From Candidatus Heimdallarchaeota archaeon (GTDB lineage: Archaea > Asgardarchaeota > Heimdallarchaeia > Heimdallarchaeales > Heimdallarchaeaceae), in assembly GCA_030668825.1 (NCBI GenBank), contig DAOVET010000003.1:1-64000 (forward strand): DNA of 64,000 bases, given 5' to 3'. The notes under the pieces were generated by a model that saw nothing but the letters and a program-made list of their open reading frames with translations, was not told the origin of the DNA and ran no database searches. Positions within the stretch are counted from its first letter, which is position 1. Every line of letters begins with the position of its first letter. The position numbers and the translations under genes were made by a program. Positions 1-8,840 of the stretch are shown here, one piece after another.

Positions 1-191
1 CCACAAACTACTATGTTGGAAGGCTCACTGTACTTTATGCACTTATCTTTCCAATATATTTTCTCAGGAATAACTATTTTTAGACTATTCTCTCGAGCCT
101 CTTTAAACAGAGATGACCACTTCTCAAGAATTTGAAGTTGATTAGATTTATCAATTTCAATAATACGGTTTTGTTCGTCCAAATCGATCAT
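1..191 (-). CDS. Bifunctional phosphoglucose/phosphomannose isomerase (SIS domain), N-terminal part; runs off the window edge
   Basis: Hand translation from ATG at 191: MIDLDEQNRIIEIDKSNQLQILEKWSSLFKEARENSLKIVIPEKIYWKDKCIKYSEPSNIVVCG. The D..N.L..L..W...F.EA and NIVVCG(MGGS) patterns are typical of PGI/PMI. Lies 20 bp downstream of trmB. Confidence 0.7.
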   Translation of the reverse strand, partial: MIDLDEQNRIIEIDKSNQLQILEKWSSLFKEARENSLKIVIPEKIYWKDKCIKYSEPSNIVVC

Positions 192-211
192 AATTTTCAC
201 TTCCAAAAAGA

Positions 212-1024
212 TTATTCAAAGGAAATTTCTTTACCTTTTACCCACAAATGTTCGAAATTATTGGAAAAAATCTCAATGATTCCAGAGTTAGAGGAGAAGT
301 GGGGACGATAAACATACTTCTCATGTTTAACTGGAGAAACCCAAATAACAAAGACAACTTGTTCTTCATCTACTAAAGTACCACGAGCTAGAACATTTCC
401 CTCTGTAATACTTCTTACTTGAGCACCTAAATCAAGAAGATCTCTTGCAACATCTTTTGATTTGGGATCTTCAATACTCATTATAACTCTAACTTTAACT
501 CCTTTATCTAGTGCATCTTTGATTTCTTTTTTAACATCATTATACCAATAGAAGACATTAGTAAAAATCGATATCTCTTTCTCTCCTTTTCTAATAATAT
601 CCTTAGTCTTTAGTTGCATTTCTTCCAGAGAAGAGTATGCTTCAAGTAGTTCATCTGGTTTGATAATTAATTTTGATTGATACTCTGGATCACTTAAAAG
701 AGATATGATTTCCTGTGAAACTGTTGCCATCTTATCAAGTTTATCGTGATATTCTTGCTCCTTAAATCTTAGAAGGTTATCCAACCCATTCTTTAGAGTA
801 ATTACTTCAAAACGCTTGGGCCTCCCTGATATTGTTCGAACCAATCCTTTTTTCTCTAAGCTGTCAATAGTGTCATAAATTCTTGGTGTGGGGATGTCTG
901 TCTGTTTGTGAATTTCTTCTGCAGTAGAAGATGAAAGAGCTACTAAAGTGATCAAAGTCTTAACTTCGTATTGTGTTAAACCAAGAGCTTTAAGCTTTAA
1001 GGTAAGTTCCTCGGTGTCAGACAT
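212..1024 (-). CDS. trmB: TrmB-family transcriptional regulator
   Basis: LGLTQYE...IPTPRIYDTIDSLEKKGLV wHTH plus C-terminal PLD-like effector domain (GVKVRVI, LVDEEQV). Confidence 0.9.
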   Translation of the reverse strand: MSDTEELTLKLKALGLTQYEVKTLITLVALSSSTAEEIHKQTDIPTPRIYDTIDSLEKKGLVRTISGRPKRFEVITLKNGLDNLLRFKEQEYHDKLDKMATVSQEIISLLSDPEYQSKLIIKPDELLEAYSSLEEMQLKTKDIIRKGEKEISIFTNVFYWYNDVKKEIKDALDKGVKVRVIMSIEDPKSKDVARDLLDLGAQVRSITEGNVLARGTLVDEEQVVFVIWVSPVKHEKYVYRPHFSSNSGIIEIFSNNFEHLWVKGKEISFE

Positions 1025-1159
1025 CAGGCTTTCTCCACTTTCAAATCTATACGGAGAAATATATAAGTAAATCGTAAGAGTAGCAGCAGGAAGTAAAATT
1101 AATTAACCAAAAGTTTAAAATGAAAACAACTAGCAAAAGAAATGTAACCAATAAAACAA

Positions 1160-1237
1160 GGGGCAGTGATCTAGCTCGGTTATGATACCTCGCTTACACC
1201 GAGGAAGTCAGCGGTTCAAATCCGCTTTGCCCCACCA
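1160..1237 (+). tRNA. tRNA-Val(TAC), CCA encoded
   Basis: Acceptor GGGGCAG/TTGCCCC; anticodon arm CCTCG-CTTACAC-CGAGG; T-loop GTTCAAATC; 3' ACCA. Confidence 0.95.
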
Positions 1238-1337
1238 AGCTTTCTACCATTTTTGTTCCATGCCAGTCTTTAATTAATTTCAAACCACCTTTAATCTGGT
1301 AAGCTCAATAATTCATCTACTAGAACGGAGAAATAAA

Positions 1338-1883
1338 ATGGCAAACGAAATAAATCTGAAAACAACTACTCTAGGTGGAGGATGCTTCTGGTGTATAGAA
1401 GCTATCTTCAGTGAATTAAAGGGTGTTCAACTAGCTGAATCAGGTTATTCTGGAGGTAAAGTTGACAATCCAACATATGAACAAGTATGTTCGGGAAAAA
1501 CAGGTCATGCAGAAGTTGTTCAGATTAGATTCAATCCAAAGATAATTTCATATAAAGAAATTCTAGAAATATTTTTTACGATTCATGATCCGACCACATT
1601 AAATCAACAAGGTAATGATATTGGATCCCAATATAGGTCTGTAATCTTCTATCATTCAGAAGAACAAAAAAAAGTCGCTCAAAAAATAATATCCAAATTA
1701 GATAGTTCTAAGAAATGGAAAAATCCCGTAGTTACAGAAGTATCTTCGTTTGACAAATATTACAAAGCTGTAGACTATCATCAAAATTACTTCAAACTTA
1801 ATGCATCACAACCATACTGTAAAGCTGTTATTGAACCAAAAGTTAACAAGTTTCGAAAACTGTATTTTAATCAATTAAAATGA
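1338..1883 (+). CDS. msrA: Peptide-methionine (S)-S-oxide reductase
   Basis: GGGCFWC active site, GHAEVVQ, HDPT, YHQNYF. Confidence 0.97.
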   Translation: MANEINLKTTTLGGGCFWCIEAIFSELKGVQLAESGYSGGKVDNPTYEQVCSGKTGHAEVVQIRFNPKIISYKEILEIFFTIHDPTTLNQQGNDIGSQYRSVIFYHSEEQKKVAQKIISKLDSSKKWKNPVVTEVSSFDKYYKAVDYHQNYFKLNASQPYCKAVIEPKVNKFRKLYFNQLK

Positions 1884-1907
1884 AATATATCAATCAATGT
1901 TGGTTTT

Positions 1908-2705
1908 TTAATCTTTAACTTTTAACTCTTCTTGAACTTTAGTTAATTCTTTTACCCTTTTAGGGACTTGAGCTCCAATCTTTGCCCTTCCTAAGAGATA
2001 CCCTAATTCAGGAATCATTCCATCCGCTCTAGTTCCTCTTTTACAAATTAGTCTATATTCAAGTAAACCTATTCTTTCTATTACTTCAATGTCTTCGGCA
2101 TGATTTGAACCGATAAGGGCATGCTTTATCATTCTTCTTGTAGTTCCACAGATAATTAATGACTCTTTCTTTTCCTTTAATGCACTTTTCAACCATTTGA
2201 GGGATTCATCAGAAAGTTTGACCCAAACTTTAGATCCGAGGACTTGCTTTTTTATTACCTCAAAGAACATTGGTAAATTATCTATGAAGCCATACGCTCT
2301 AACCATATTCATTAGAGGAACTTTTTTACCTTGAGCCAATTGCTCTCTCATCTCGTATAATGGATACAAGGCATCTATGTTTTGGGTTGTGCTTGTTATA
2401 CCGCAGTCTATGAACAAACCAAACTTAACTTCCCCTACCTCTCTAAATCTACCATAAATAGCATCTCCCTCTTGCAAATCTCCAATGCTTCGTATTGTTC
2501 CATAATTTCTTATTAAGATGTTTTTGGCTATTTCCTCATCTTCCCCTTCTATTGTAACTTCGGCATATCTTTCCTTAGTGAAACTTATTCCCTTGACTTT
2601 TACATCTAAATTTTCAAACTCTTTGTTTAGTATGTAAGTAAAAGCTTTTTCTGAACTATGTTTAGCAACAATGTAGGTTTTTTCAAGAGTAATTACTTTT
2701 TGCAT
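1908..2705 (-). CDS. DUF2110-family conserved archaeal protein
   Basis: GEDEEIAKNIL, FGLFIDCG, IERIGLLE..LICKRGT motifs; usual neighbour of aTrm56/TFE. Confidence 0.8.
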   Translation of the reverse strand: MQKVITLEKTYIVAKHSSEKAFTYILNKEFENLDVKVKGISFTKERYAEVTIEGEDEEIAKNILIRNYGTIRSIGDLQEGDAIYGRFREVGEVKFGLFIDCGITSTTQNIDALYPLYEMREQLAQGKKVPLMNMVRAYGFIDNLPMFFEVIKKQVLGSKVWVKLSDESLKWLKSALKEKKESLIICGTTRRMIKHALIGSNHAEDIEVIERIGLLEYRLICKRGTRADGMIPELGYLLGRAKIGAQVPKRVKELTKVQEELKVKD

Positions 2706-2716
2706 ATTTTATCACC

Positions 2717-3247
2717 TTAAATCTTCTTAGTCTGCTTTCCCCTTTCCATAGGAACAATTTCATAGTTTGCATCTTGGAATTTTTGTTTTCTTGCTTCTCC
2801 TTCCGTAATCCTATCAAGAAAAACTGCAAGTGCTGCAACTTCACTATGTGGTTGATTACCAATTGCTATATTATGATCTGCAAGTTCGAAAACTTGACCC
2901 GGAACTTTAACTCCGCCAACCACAATCAGAATCTCCTCCTTCTCCAAATCTTGGATTTCCTGTAATTTATCTGATAGTTCAATACCATACATCGTTAGAT
3001 GAATCACAATCCCACCTTGTTTCTTCCAATCTTTCAAGAAATTCCAAGGTTTTCCAATATGTGTTGCGGATAAATTTCCTCCCCATTCTTGCTGTATTTT
3101 CTGAATACTGTCTTCCACATGTTTATCATGATCTCCTGTGTAGAAGAATTCAGATGCTCCAAAAGCTCTAGCTGTTAATGCCAAATGTGTAGAGATTCTC
3201 TTGTCTCTTACAACTCTATGTGATAATCGGAGTACAGCTAGTTTCAT
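2717..3247 (-). CDS. trm56: tRNA (cytidine56-2'-O)-methyltransferase aTrm56
   Basis: VLRLSHRVVRDKRISTH, HLTMYG, NQPHSEVAALAVFLDR; start refined to ATG 3247. Confidence 0.95.
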   Translation of the reverse strand: MKLAVLRLSHRVVRDKRISTHLALTARAFGASEFFYTGDHDKHVEDSIQKIQQEWGGNLSATHIGKPWNFLKDWKKQGGIVIHLTMYGIELSDKLQEIQDLEKEEILIVVGGVKVPGQVFELADHNIAIGNQPHSEVAALAVFLDRITEGEARKQKFQDANYEIVPMERGKQTKKI

Positions 3248-3424
3248 ACCGATAATTAATTTGAAATACACTTAAAGTTGCTGATTTGGTTGCTTAATAG
3301 ATTTTTCGCGGAAGATAAAATGCTTAACAAAACAATTAATTAATGAATCAAAACAATAAGTAAAGTATAATATATATAGACTTTTATATTTATTTAGGTA
3401 AGAAAATATTGAGAAATACCGAGG

Positions 3425-4627
3425 GTGCTAAGACTGTCAAAAGAAAGTTCTGAACCAGATCAAAATGATCCTGCTTATTTAATTTCATATGCTAATCACT
3501 TAGAAAGACAAGCAAGACAGTTAGAAACAGAAAAACAGATGGTAGAAAGCGAAAGATTGAGACTTCAACGAGAAGTAAACAATCTGAAAGTAGAACTTGA
3601 AAGGTTAAGATCTCCTCCGCTTTTTATGGGTTATATCGTGGAAACACTTGATAACAAAACAGCTGTAGTTAGAAGCACAACAGGTCCAAATCTTGTCGTA
3701 TCAATCTCACGTCAAGTTGATATAAACGATCTGAAACCTGATACTCGTGTTGCACTAAATCAAAGAACTTTTGCTATTGTAAATGTCTTGCCAGCTTCGT
3801 ATGATCCCATGGTTCAAAAAATGGAGCTCATCGAAAAACCAGCCGAAAGATATGTTGATATTGGTGGTCTAGATGCTCAGATACAAGAGATTATAGAAAC
3901 AGTTGAATTACCTCTGTTGAAGCCAGAGTTATTTGAGAAAATAGGTATAGATCCTCCGAAAGGAGTGCTTTTACATGGAGCTCCTGGGACTGGAAAAACT
4001 TTACTGGCTAAAGCAGTTGCTAACGAAACTCAAGCTGCTTTCATTCGATTGATAGGGAGTGAGCTTGTGCAAAAATTCATTGGTGATGGTGCAAGGTTAG
4101 TAAGAGAAATTTTCGAATTTGCTAGGGAAAATGCTCCAAGCATTCTATTTATTGATGAATTGGATGCAATAGGAAGTAGAAGAATAGACCTTGCTACTAG
4201 TGGTGATAGAGAGGTTCAAAGAACCTTAATGCAGCTTCTTTCAGAATTAGATGGTTTCAATGCTAGGGGAGACGTTAAAATTATTGCAGCCACTAACAGG
4301 ATAGATATTTTAGATTCCGCAATGTTAAGACCTGGTAGATTTGATAGAATAATAGAAACCCCCCTTCCTAATGCAGAAAGTAGAACTATAATATTCAAGA
4401 TTCACACTAAAGGGATGAATATTAAGGGAGATGTTGATATAAAATATTTGGTTCAAATGACAGAAGGTGGCAGTGGAGCTGACGTCAAAAACATCTGTAC
4501 AGAAGCAGGCATGTTTGCTATACGTGCAGAGAGAGACCACGTTGTAAATCAAGATTTCGTTGATGCTATTAAGAAAATCACTGGAGACAAAGAAACAACT
4601 GCCCGAGTAACAACTGGATATATTTGA
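3425..4627 (+). CDS. pan: Proteasome-activating nucleotidase (AAA+)
   Basis: N-terminal coiled coil and OB domain, GAPGTGKT Walker A, FIDELD Walker B, RPGRFDR, C-terminal GYI. Confidence 0.97.
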   Translation: MLRLSKESSEPDQNDPAYLISYANHLERQARQLETEKQMVESERLRLQREVNNLKVELERLRSPPLFMGYIVETLDNKTAVVRSTTGPNLVVSISRQVDINDLKPDTRVALNQRTFAIVNVLPASYDPMVQKMELIEKPAERYVDIGGLDAQIQEIIETVELPLLKPELFEKIGIDPPKGVLLHGAPGTGKTLLAKAVANETQAAFIRLIGSELVQKFIGDGARLVREIFEFARENAPSILFIDELDAIGSRRIDLATSGDREVQRTLMQLLSELDGFNARGDVKIIAATNRIDILDSAMLRPGRFDRIIETPLPNAESRTIIFKIHTKGMNIKGDVDIKYLVQMTEGGSGADVKNICTEAGMFAIRAERDHVVNQDFVDAIKKITGDKETTARVTTGYI

Positions 4628-4641
4628 GAATATCCATCTTC

Positions 4642-5172
4642 TTATAGTTTATTTAATTTTATTAAACTGTCAAGCAATTTCTTTTGTCTGAAAAATCCTT
4701 GAACAACGTGAGATTCTTTTCCAAATTTTTGAACAAAGTGATCAAGCTTCTCCTCAAAAGAGCATCTATCGTTACCTGATGTAAGATTATCAGAATATGA
4801 AACAATTTCTTCTTCTAGTGTTTCAGGGATGTAATCTCCTGGGGGTAATCCTAGTTTTTTTGCTTCCTCTTTGACTATTCCTGTTCCAATGTGGTTCCTG
4901 ACTATTGCAATGATTCTCGAATCAATATTCTCTTTTTCTAGAATTTCAACACCATTTACTGCATGAGAAATAGAATGAGTAATAGTTCTACCAATGTCAT
5001 GTAACATAGCCCCAGCAATAGCGATTTTTCTGTTAACTTGTGGTATCTTCAAACAGAACTCTTCAACAATACTTGTAACAGTTAAACAGTGTTGAATTAC
5101 AGTGTTTGGAGTCTTGTATTTTTTCAAGATATACATGCACTGATTTTTTGTAGGAATACTTGAGTTTTCCAT
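4642..5172 (-). CDS. HD-domain (HDIG) metal-dependent phosphohydrolase
   Basis: H...LHDIGR...HAVNG...RNHIGTG...YSDNL. Confidence 0.9.
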   Translation of the reverse strand: MENSSIPTKNQCMYILKKYKTPNTVIQHCLTVTSIVEEFCLKIPQVNRKIAIAGAMLHDIGRTITHSISHAVNGVEILEKENIDSRIIAIVRNHIGTGIVKEEAKKLGLPPGDYIPETLEEEIVSYSDNLTSGNDRCSFEEKLDHFVQKFGKESHVVQGFFRQKKLLDSLIKLNKL

Positions 5173-5283
5173 CTTTTTCTATGCTAAAGAATCTTGTTCA
5201 TCTTTTATATTTTATTGAAATTCAGTAAAAACCTTATATCAAAACTTTTTTAAGAAAATTTAAGTGACACAACTCGACTGCAA

Positions 5284-5496
5284 ATGCCTAGCGAAATAAC
5301 TAAAGATAGATTAGAAGAAATTATTCAGCTAACTATAGACCAGAAAGGTGAATTGAGAACAAAACGTCATAAAGGCGATATCAAGCTCAAATTCAGAACA
5401 AAGAAGAAGCTTTATACAATTAAACTTCCTCTGAAAGAAGCAGAAGCGATAATTAACGATCTCTCATCAAAAATAGAAGTTATTTCATTTTCATGA
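5284..5496 (+). CDS. rpl38e: 50S ribosomal protein eL38
   Basis: MPSEI...KLKFRTKKKLYTIKL...A, matching the L38e KFKVR..RYLYTL pattern; 70 aa. Confidence 0.8.
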   Translation: MPSEITKDRLEEIIQLTIDQKGELRTKRHKGDIKLKFRTKKKLYTIKLPLKEAEAIINDLSSKIEVISFS

Positions 5497-5511
5497 GAGC
5501 TAAAGAGAAAG

Positions 5512-6039
5512 CTACTCCTCATCATCCTTCTTCTTTTTAATTACTACTATATCACCTAGGGTTTGAAATGTTGAACCCTTCTTTTGGTCTTTTGAGCCGT
5601 AAGCTTGAATTTCCTCAGTCATTTTAATATTGTAGAACTTCTCTAATCTACCAATTAGATCATCTGATGGTCTCATCTTGCCAGTTTCAAGACTTTGTAA
5701 TTCAGCTACAGATATTTTAGTTTGAATTGAAACTTCTTTCTGATTAAGCTTCATTTTTTGTCTAGCTAATCTTATTTTTTCAGCATAATCAGTAACAAGC
5801 TCCTTTTCACTACCAAATCTCCCTCTTCTTTGAGGTTGTGATGAAGTGGATGTTCTTGGAGTATATGCTGAACGTGAGGGCGAGGTTCTAGTACTAGCAG
5901 TAGGTTTCTTTGGTGATCTCTTAACAACTGGTTTTCCGTGTTTGGCACAAGCTGGACAAACTAATAATTCAGCTCCTTCTATCTTTATTGTAATTGATCT
6001 CCCATATATCTCACTACCACACATTTCACATGTTGACAA
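5512..6039 (-). CDS. mbf1: Archaeal multiprotein bridging factor aMBF1
   Basis: CEMCG...VCPACAKHG Zn ribbon, cro-like HTH, TLGD motif. Confidence 0.93.
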   Translation of the reverse strand: MSTCEMCGSEIYGRSITIKIEGAELLVCPACAKHGKPVVKRSPKKPTASTRTSPSRSAYTPRTSTSSQPQRRGRFGSEKELVTDYAEKIRLARQKMKLNQKEVSIQTKISVAELQSLETGKMRPSDDLIGRLEKFYNIKMTEEIQAYGSKDQKKGSTFQTLGDIVVIKKKKDDEE

Positions 6040-6160
6040 ATTTATTCACCATAGGAGGTTGAATTTAAACTGATAAATAAAGACAAATTCAAAAACATTT
6101 TTCTATGGGCTTAAATAGACTTGATATAGCTAAAGATTACTGTATTTAAGAAGATTGTAG

Positions 6161-6514
6161 GTGATATGCGTGGATTTCTGTCCTAAATGTGGAAAATTAC
6201 TTCATACTGAAAAAAATAAAAATGGTGGAACTATTCTAATTTGCCTTAAATGTGGATTTAAACGTGATTTGGGTGAAAATGAAGAAGTAGCCTTTACTGA
6301 GGAAGTCGAACACAACTTAATTAAAGAGATGACAACAGTATTTGATGAAGCACAAGCAGATTCAACAAAACCTACAGAAGATAAGTATTGCGAAGACTGC
6401 AAAAAGATTCAAAAAATCAGTTTTTGGATGATACAAACAAGAAGTGCTGATGAATCACCAACAAGATTCTTCCGTTGCACCATATGTGATAAAACTTGGA
6501 GAGAATACGATTAA
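6161..6514 (+). CDS. tfs: Transcription factor S (TFS/RpoM family)
   Basis: FCPKCG..C..CG and QTRSADE..TRFFRC..C...WREY. Confidence 0.95.
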   Translation: MICVDFCPKCGKLLHTEKNKNGGTILICLKCGFKRDLGENEEVAFTEEVEHNLIKEMTTVFDEAQADSTKPTEDKYCEDCKKIQKISFWMIQTRSADESPTRFFRCTICDKTWREYD

Positions 6515-6877
6515 TTGGATGTAACTTTAATGAGTGAATCAGATTTTGAAAAACCCTACAAAGATAAACCGTTTGTTGATGTAAATATTGCAGAGATTCA
6601 AAAACCTGGTAAATACCGAATAGTGGGTAAAATAGCGGAAATTACAGATTCAACAATACTAATTGATGATGGATATGAACAAATTACAATAATCCTGCCA
6701 GAAAATATTAGTATTGGTCTTAAGGAAGGTTTACAAATACGAGCTCTTGGTTATGTGGAATTGCATCCTGAAAAACAAATGAGAGGTTCATTTATTCAGA
6801 ATTTCAATGGTGTAGATTTAGAAGTTTACAAGCAAATAAATGAACTTGAGCAATCCTTAAGAAGAGTTAATATATGA
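6515..6877 (+). CDS. Single OB-fold protein, RPA14/RPA3-like
   Basis: RIVGKI...ILIDDG...I......G..IRALG.V OB pattern plus C-terminal helix; between tfs and pcna; likely start ATG 6530. Confidence 0.6.
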   Translation: MDVTLMSESDFEKPYKDKPFVDVNIAEIQKPGKYRIVGKIAEITDSTILIDDGYEQITIILPENISIGLKEGLQIRALGYVELHPEKQMRGSFIQNFNGVDLEVYKQINELEQSLRRVNI

Positions 6878-6971
6878 TGGGTTTTGATAGACGATTCCCT
6901 TATATAGTGAAAAGATAAACAAAGAGAAAGAGATAAATTCGTAATTTAAGTAAAAGTATTGGTGTATAATA

Positions 6972-7757
6972 ATGGCTTTTCAAATGGTATTAGAAGACGC
7001 GAAATTGATGTCCAATATAGTGTCAATTATAAGTTCAATAGTTGCAGAAAGCAGAATAAATGTAGACGAAGATGGTATCCGAATTAAAGCATTTGATGCA
7101 ACCCGTATTTCCATGATAGATTTCTTCATGAAAAAGGAAGCTTTTCAAAAATATGAAGCTAAGGATGCCGATCCTATAGGTTTGAGTTTGGAAACATTAA
7201 ATACAATATTAAAAACAGCAAAGGCTAATGAGCAACTCAGAATGTCTTTCGATGATACAACAAAAAGATTTGTTGTAGAATTTATAGGACAAAACCAGCA
7301 AAGAAAATTTGCTCTATCAGTAATTGATATTCCAGAAGAAGGAAATATTCCAGATTCCATTCACATTGAATTTGATACAAATTTTGAGATTAAAGCATCA
7401 TTTATTCAGCAAGTTCTAAAAGATGCAGAAATGGTAAGTGATTACTTGAAAATAAGAGCAAAGGAAGAAGGTATCTTCTTCGGAGCAGAAAGTGATACAA
7501 AGGAAATGGATACATTCATTGAACCTCAAAGTGAAGAAATGGAAACAGGGGCTTTTCTAGTTTCTGGAGAATCCGAAGCAATGTACTCACTTGATTTTCT
7601 TTCAAACTTTCTACGAGGTATACGTTCTTCTGACTATGTTAGAATGTCATTCAATAGAGAACAACCAATTAGATTGGTGTATGAAATTGAAGACAAAGGA
7701 CATCTAATTTACTTTGTTGCACCAAGAATAGAAGAAAGCGAAGAAATTGAGGATTAA
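6972..7757 (+). CDS. pcn: DNA polymerase sliding clamp PCNA
   Basis: GIRIKAFDATRISMIDF, YSLDFL, PIRL.Y, YFVAPRIE. Confidence 0.96.
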   Translation: MAFQMVLEDAKLMSNIVSIISSIVAESRINVDEDGIRIKAFDATRISMIDFFMKKEAFQKYEAKDADPIGLSLETLNTILKTAKANEQLRMSFDDTTKRFVVEFIGQNQQRKFALSVIDIPEEGNIPDSIHIEFDTNFEIKASFIQQVLKDAEMVSDYLKIRAKEEGIFFGAESDTKEMDTFIEPQSEEMETGAFLVSGESEAMYSLDFLSNFLRGIRSSDYVRMSFNREQPIRLVYEIEDKGHLIYFVAPRIEESEEIED

Positions 7758-7822
7758 GAAGGAAGCTAAAACTAAAGAGGGAGACTATTCTTTATTTCTT
7801 ACTAATGGACTGAGGAAGCATT

Positions 7823-8401
7823 GTGTTTGATAAAATTCAAAATAAATGGAAAGAAGAACGGGAAAAAGAACAACTAACTCCCATGAATGAAGCTTTCTAT
7901 GGTGCTATGAGAGATTTTTTGAAAGCGAGAACTGTCAGAACTAAAGAAGAAATTAATCCTCTTATCAAAAAGATACTAGAAGAGAGATTATTTCGATTAA
8001 AATATGTGATTAACGATTTACTAAAACTTAGAACAAGTAAAATTATCCAAATTGTTATGAGTAAACAAGAGATAAATGTGAATCTTGCACGAGAAGAGCA
8101 AAATTTCTATGAAAGAATGAAACAAGTATATGATGTTTATCGAAAGGATGTTTTTTCACCAAAAGATGTCGCATACACTGATTTGAGCTTACCCTCAATA
8201 AGCAGTGAAGATACAGATTTAGATGATGAAATAGATTTCGTGGCAGTTAGATTCATACAAAGTACAAAAGAAAAAATCAAAGGTTTGGATGGTAAAACAT
8301 ATGGACCCTTTGAAATTGAAGATGTTTGTTTACTACCAAAAGAAAACGCAAAAGGTCTTGTAATAAAAGACATTGCTGAAAATATTGAATTAAAAGAGTG
8401 A
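7823..8401 (+). CDS. GINS complex subunit (Gins51/Gins15 type)
   Basis: Helical A domain (E..L.P...FY, LR..KI) then B domain VRF...GLDGKTYGPF..EDV..LP.ENA; follows pcna. Confidence 0.88.
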   Translation: MFDKIQNKWKEEREKEQLTPMNEAFYGAMRDFLKARTVRTKEEINPLIKKILEERLFRLKYVINDLLKLRTSKIIQIVMSKQEINVNLAREEQNFYERMKQVYDVYRKDVFSPKDVAYTDLSLPSISSEDTDLDDEIDFVAVRFIQSTKEKIKGLDGKTYGPFEIEDVCLLPKENAKGLVIKDIAENIELKE

Positions 8402-8413
8402 AAATTCTTAATA

Positions 8414-8599
8414 TTAAGATAGTACTTCTACTATCTCACCCAATATCTTAGCTTTACCACCACGAGGTTGAGCTAAATCTTCTTCACATACAGTGCATTT
8501 AACCACAATTTTAGCAGAATCAAATATTACTTGCTCATTGTTACAACTAGTGCATTTAACCTTCAGGAACTTTGTTGTTGGATAAGGTATTTTAGACAT
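8414..8599 (-). CDS. rps27e: 30S ribosomal protein eS27
   Basis: FLKVKCTSCNNEQVIF...C.VC...LAQPRGGKA; start refined to ATG 8599. Confidence 0.96.
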   Translation of the reverse strand: MSKIPYPTTKFLKVKCTSCNNEQVIFDSAKIVVKCTVCEEDLAQPRGGKAKILGEIVEVLS

Positions 8600-8679
8600 G
8601 ATTGAGTTTTGAGAACTACTCTTTAAAAAAATGTTGTTATAAAACAAGTTCAAAAAAACGTTACAAAATTAAAGAAAAA

Positions 8680-8794
8680 TGGTGCGGGGAGGGAGATTCG
8701 AACTCCCGAACCACTAAGGAACGGATGTCCCATCTAGCCAATGACTCTTGATAGATCTTGAGTCCGTCATCGTTGACCACTTGATTATCCCCGC
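8680..8794 (-). tRNA. tRNA-Leu(CAA) with 30-nt intron (8727-8756) at 37/38, CCA encoded
   Basis: Reverse complement GCGGGGA...ACGGA-CTCAAG[intron]A-TCCGT, long variable arm, TTCGAAT, TCCCCGC-ACCA; BHB central helix CTCA/TGGG, outer helix TCTA/TAGA. Confidence 0.93.
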
Positions 8795-8840
8795 AATTAT
8801 GGAAGTCTCAACGATATTTGAGAAATTCAACCATACTTAT

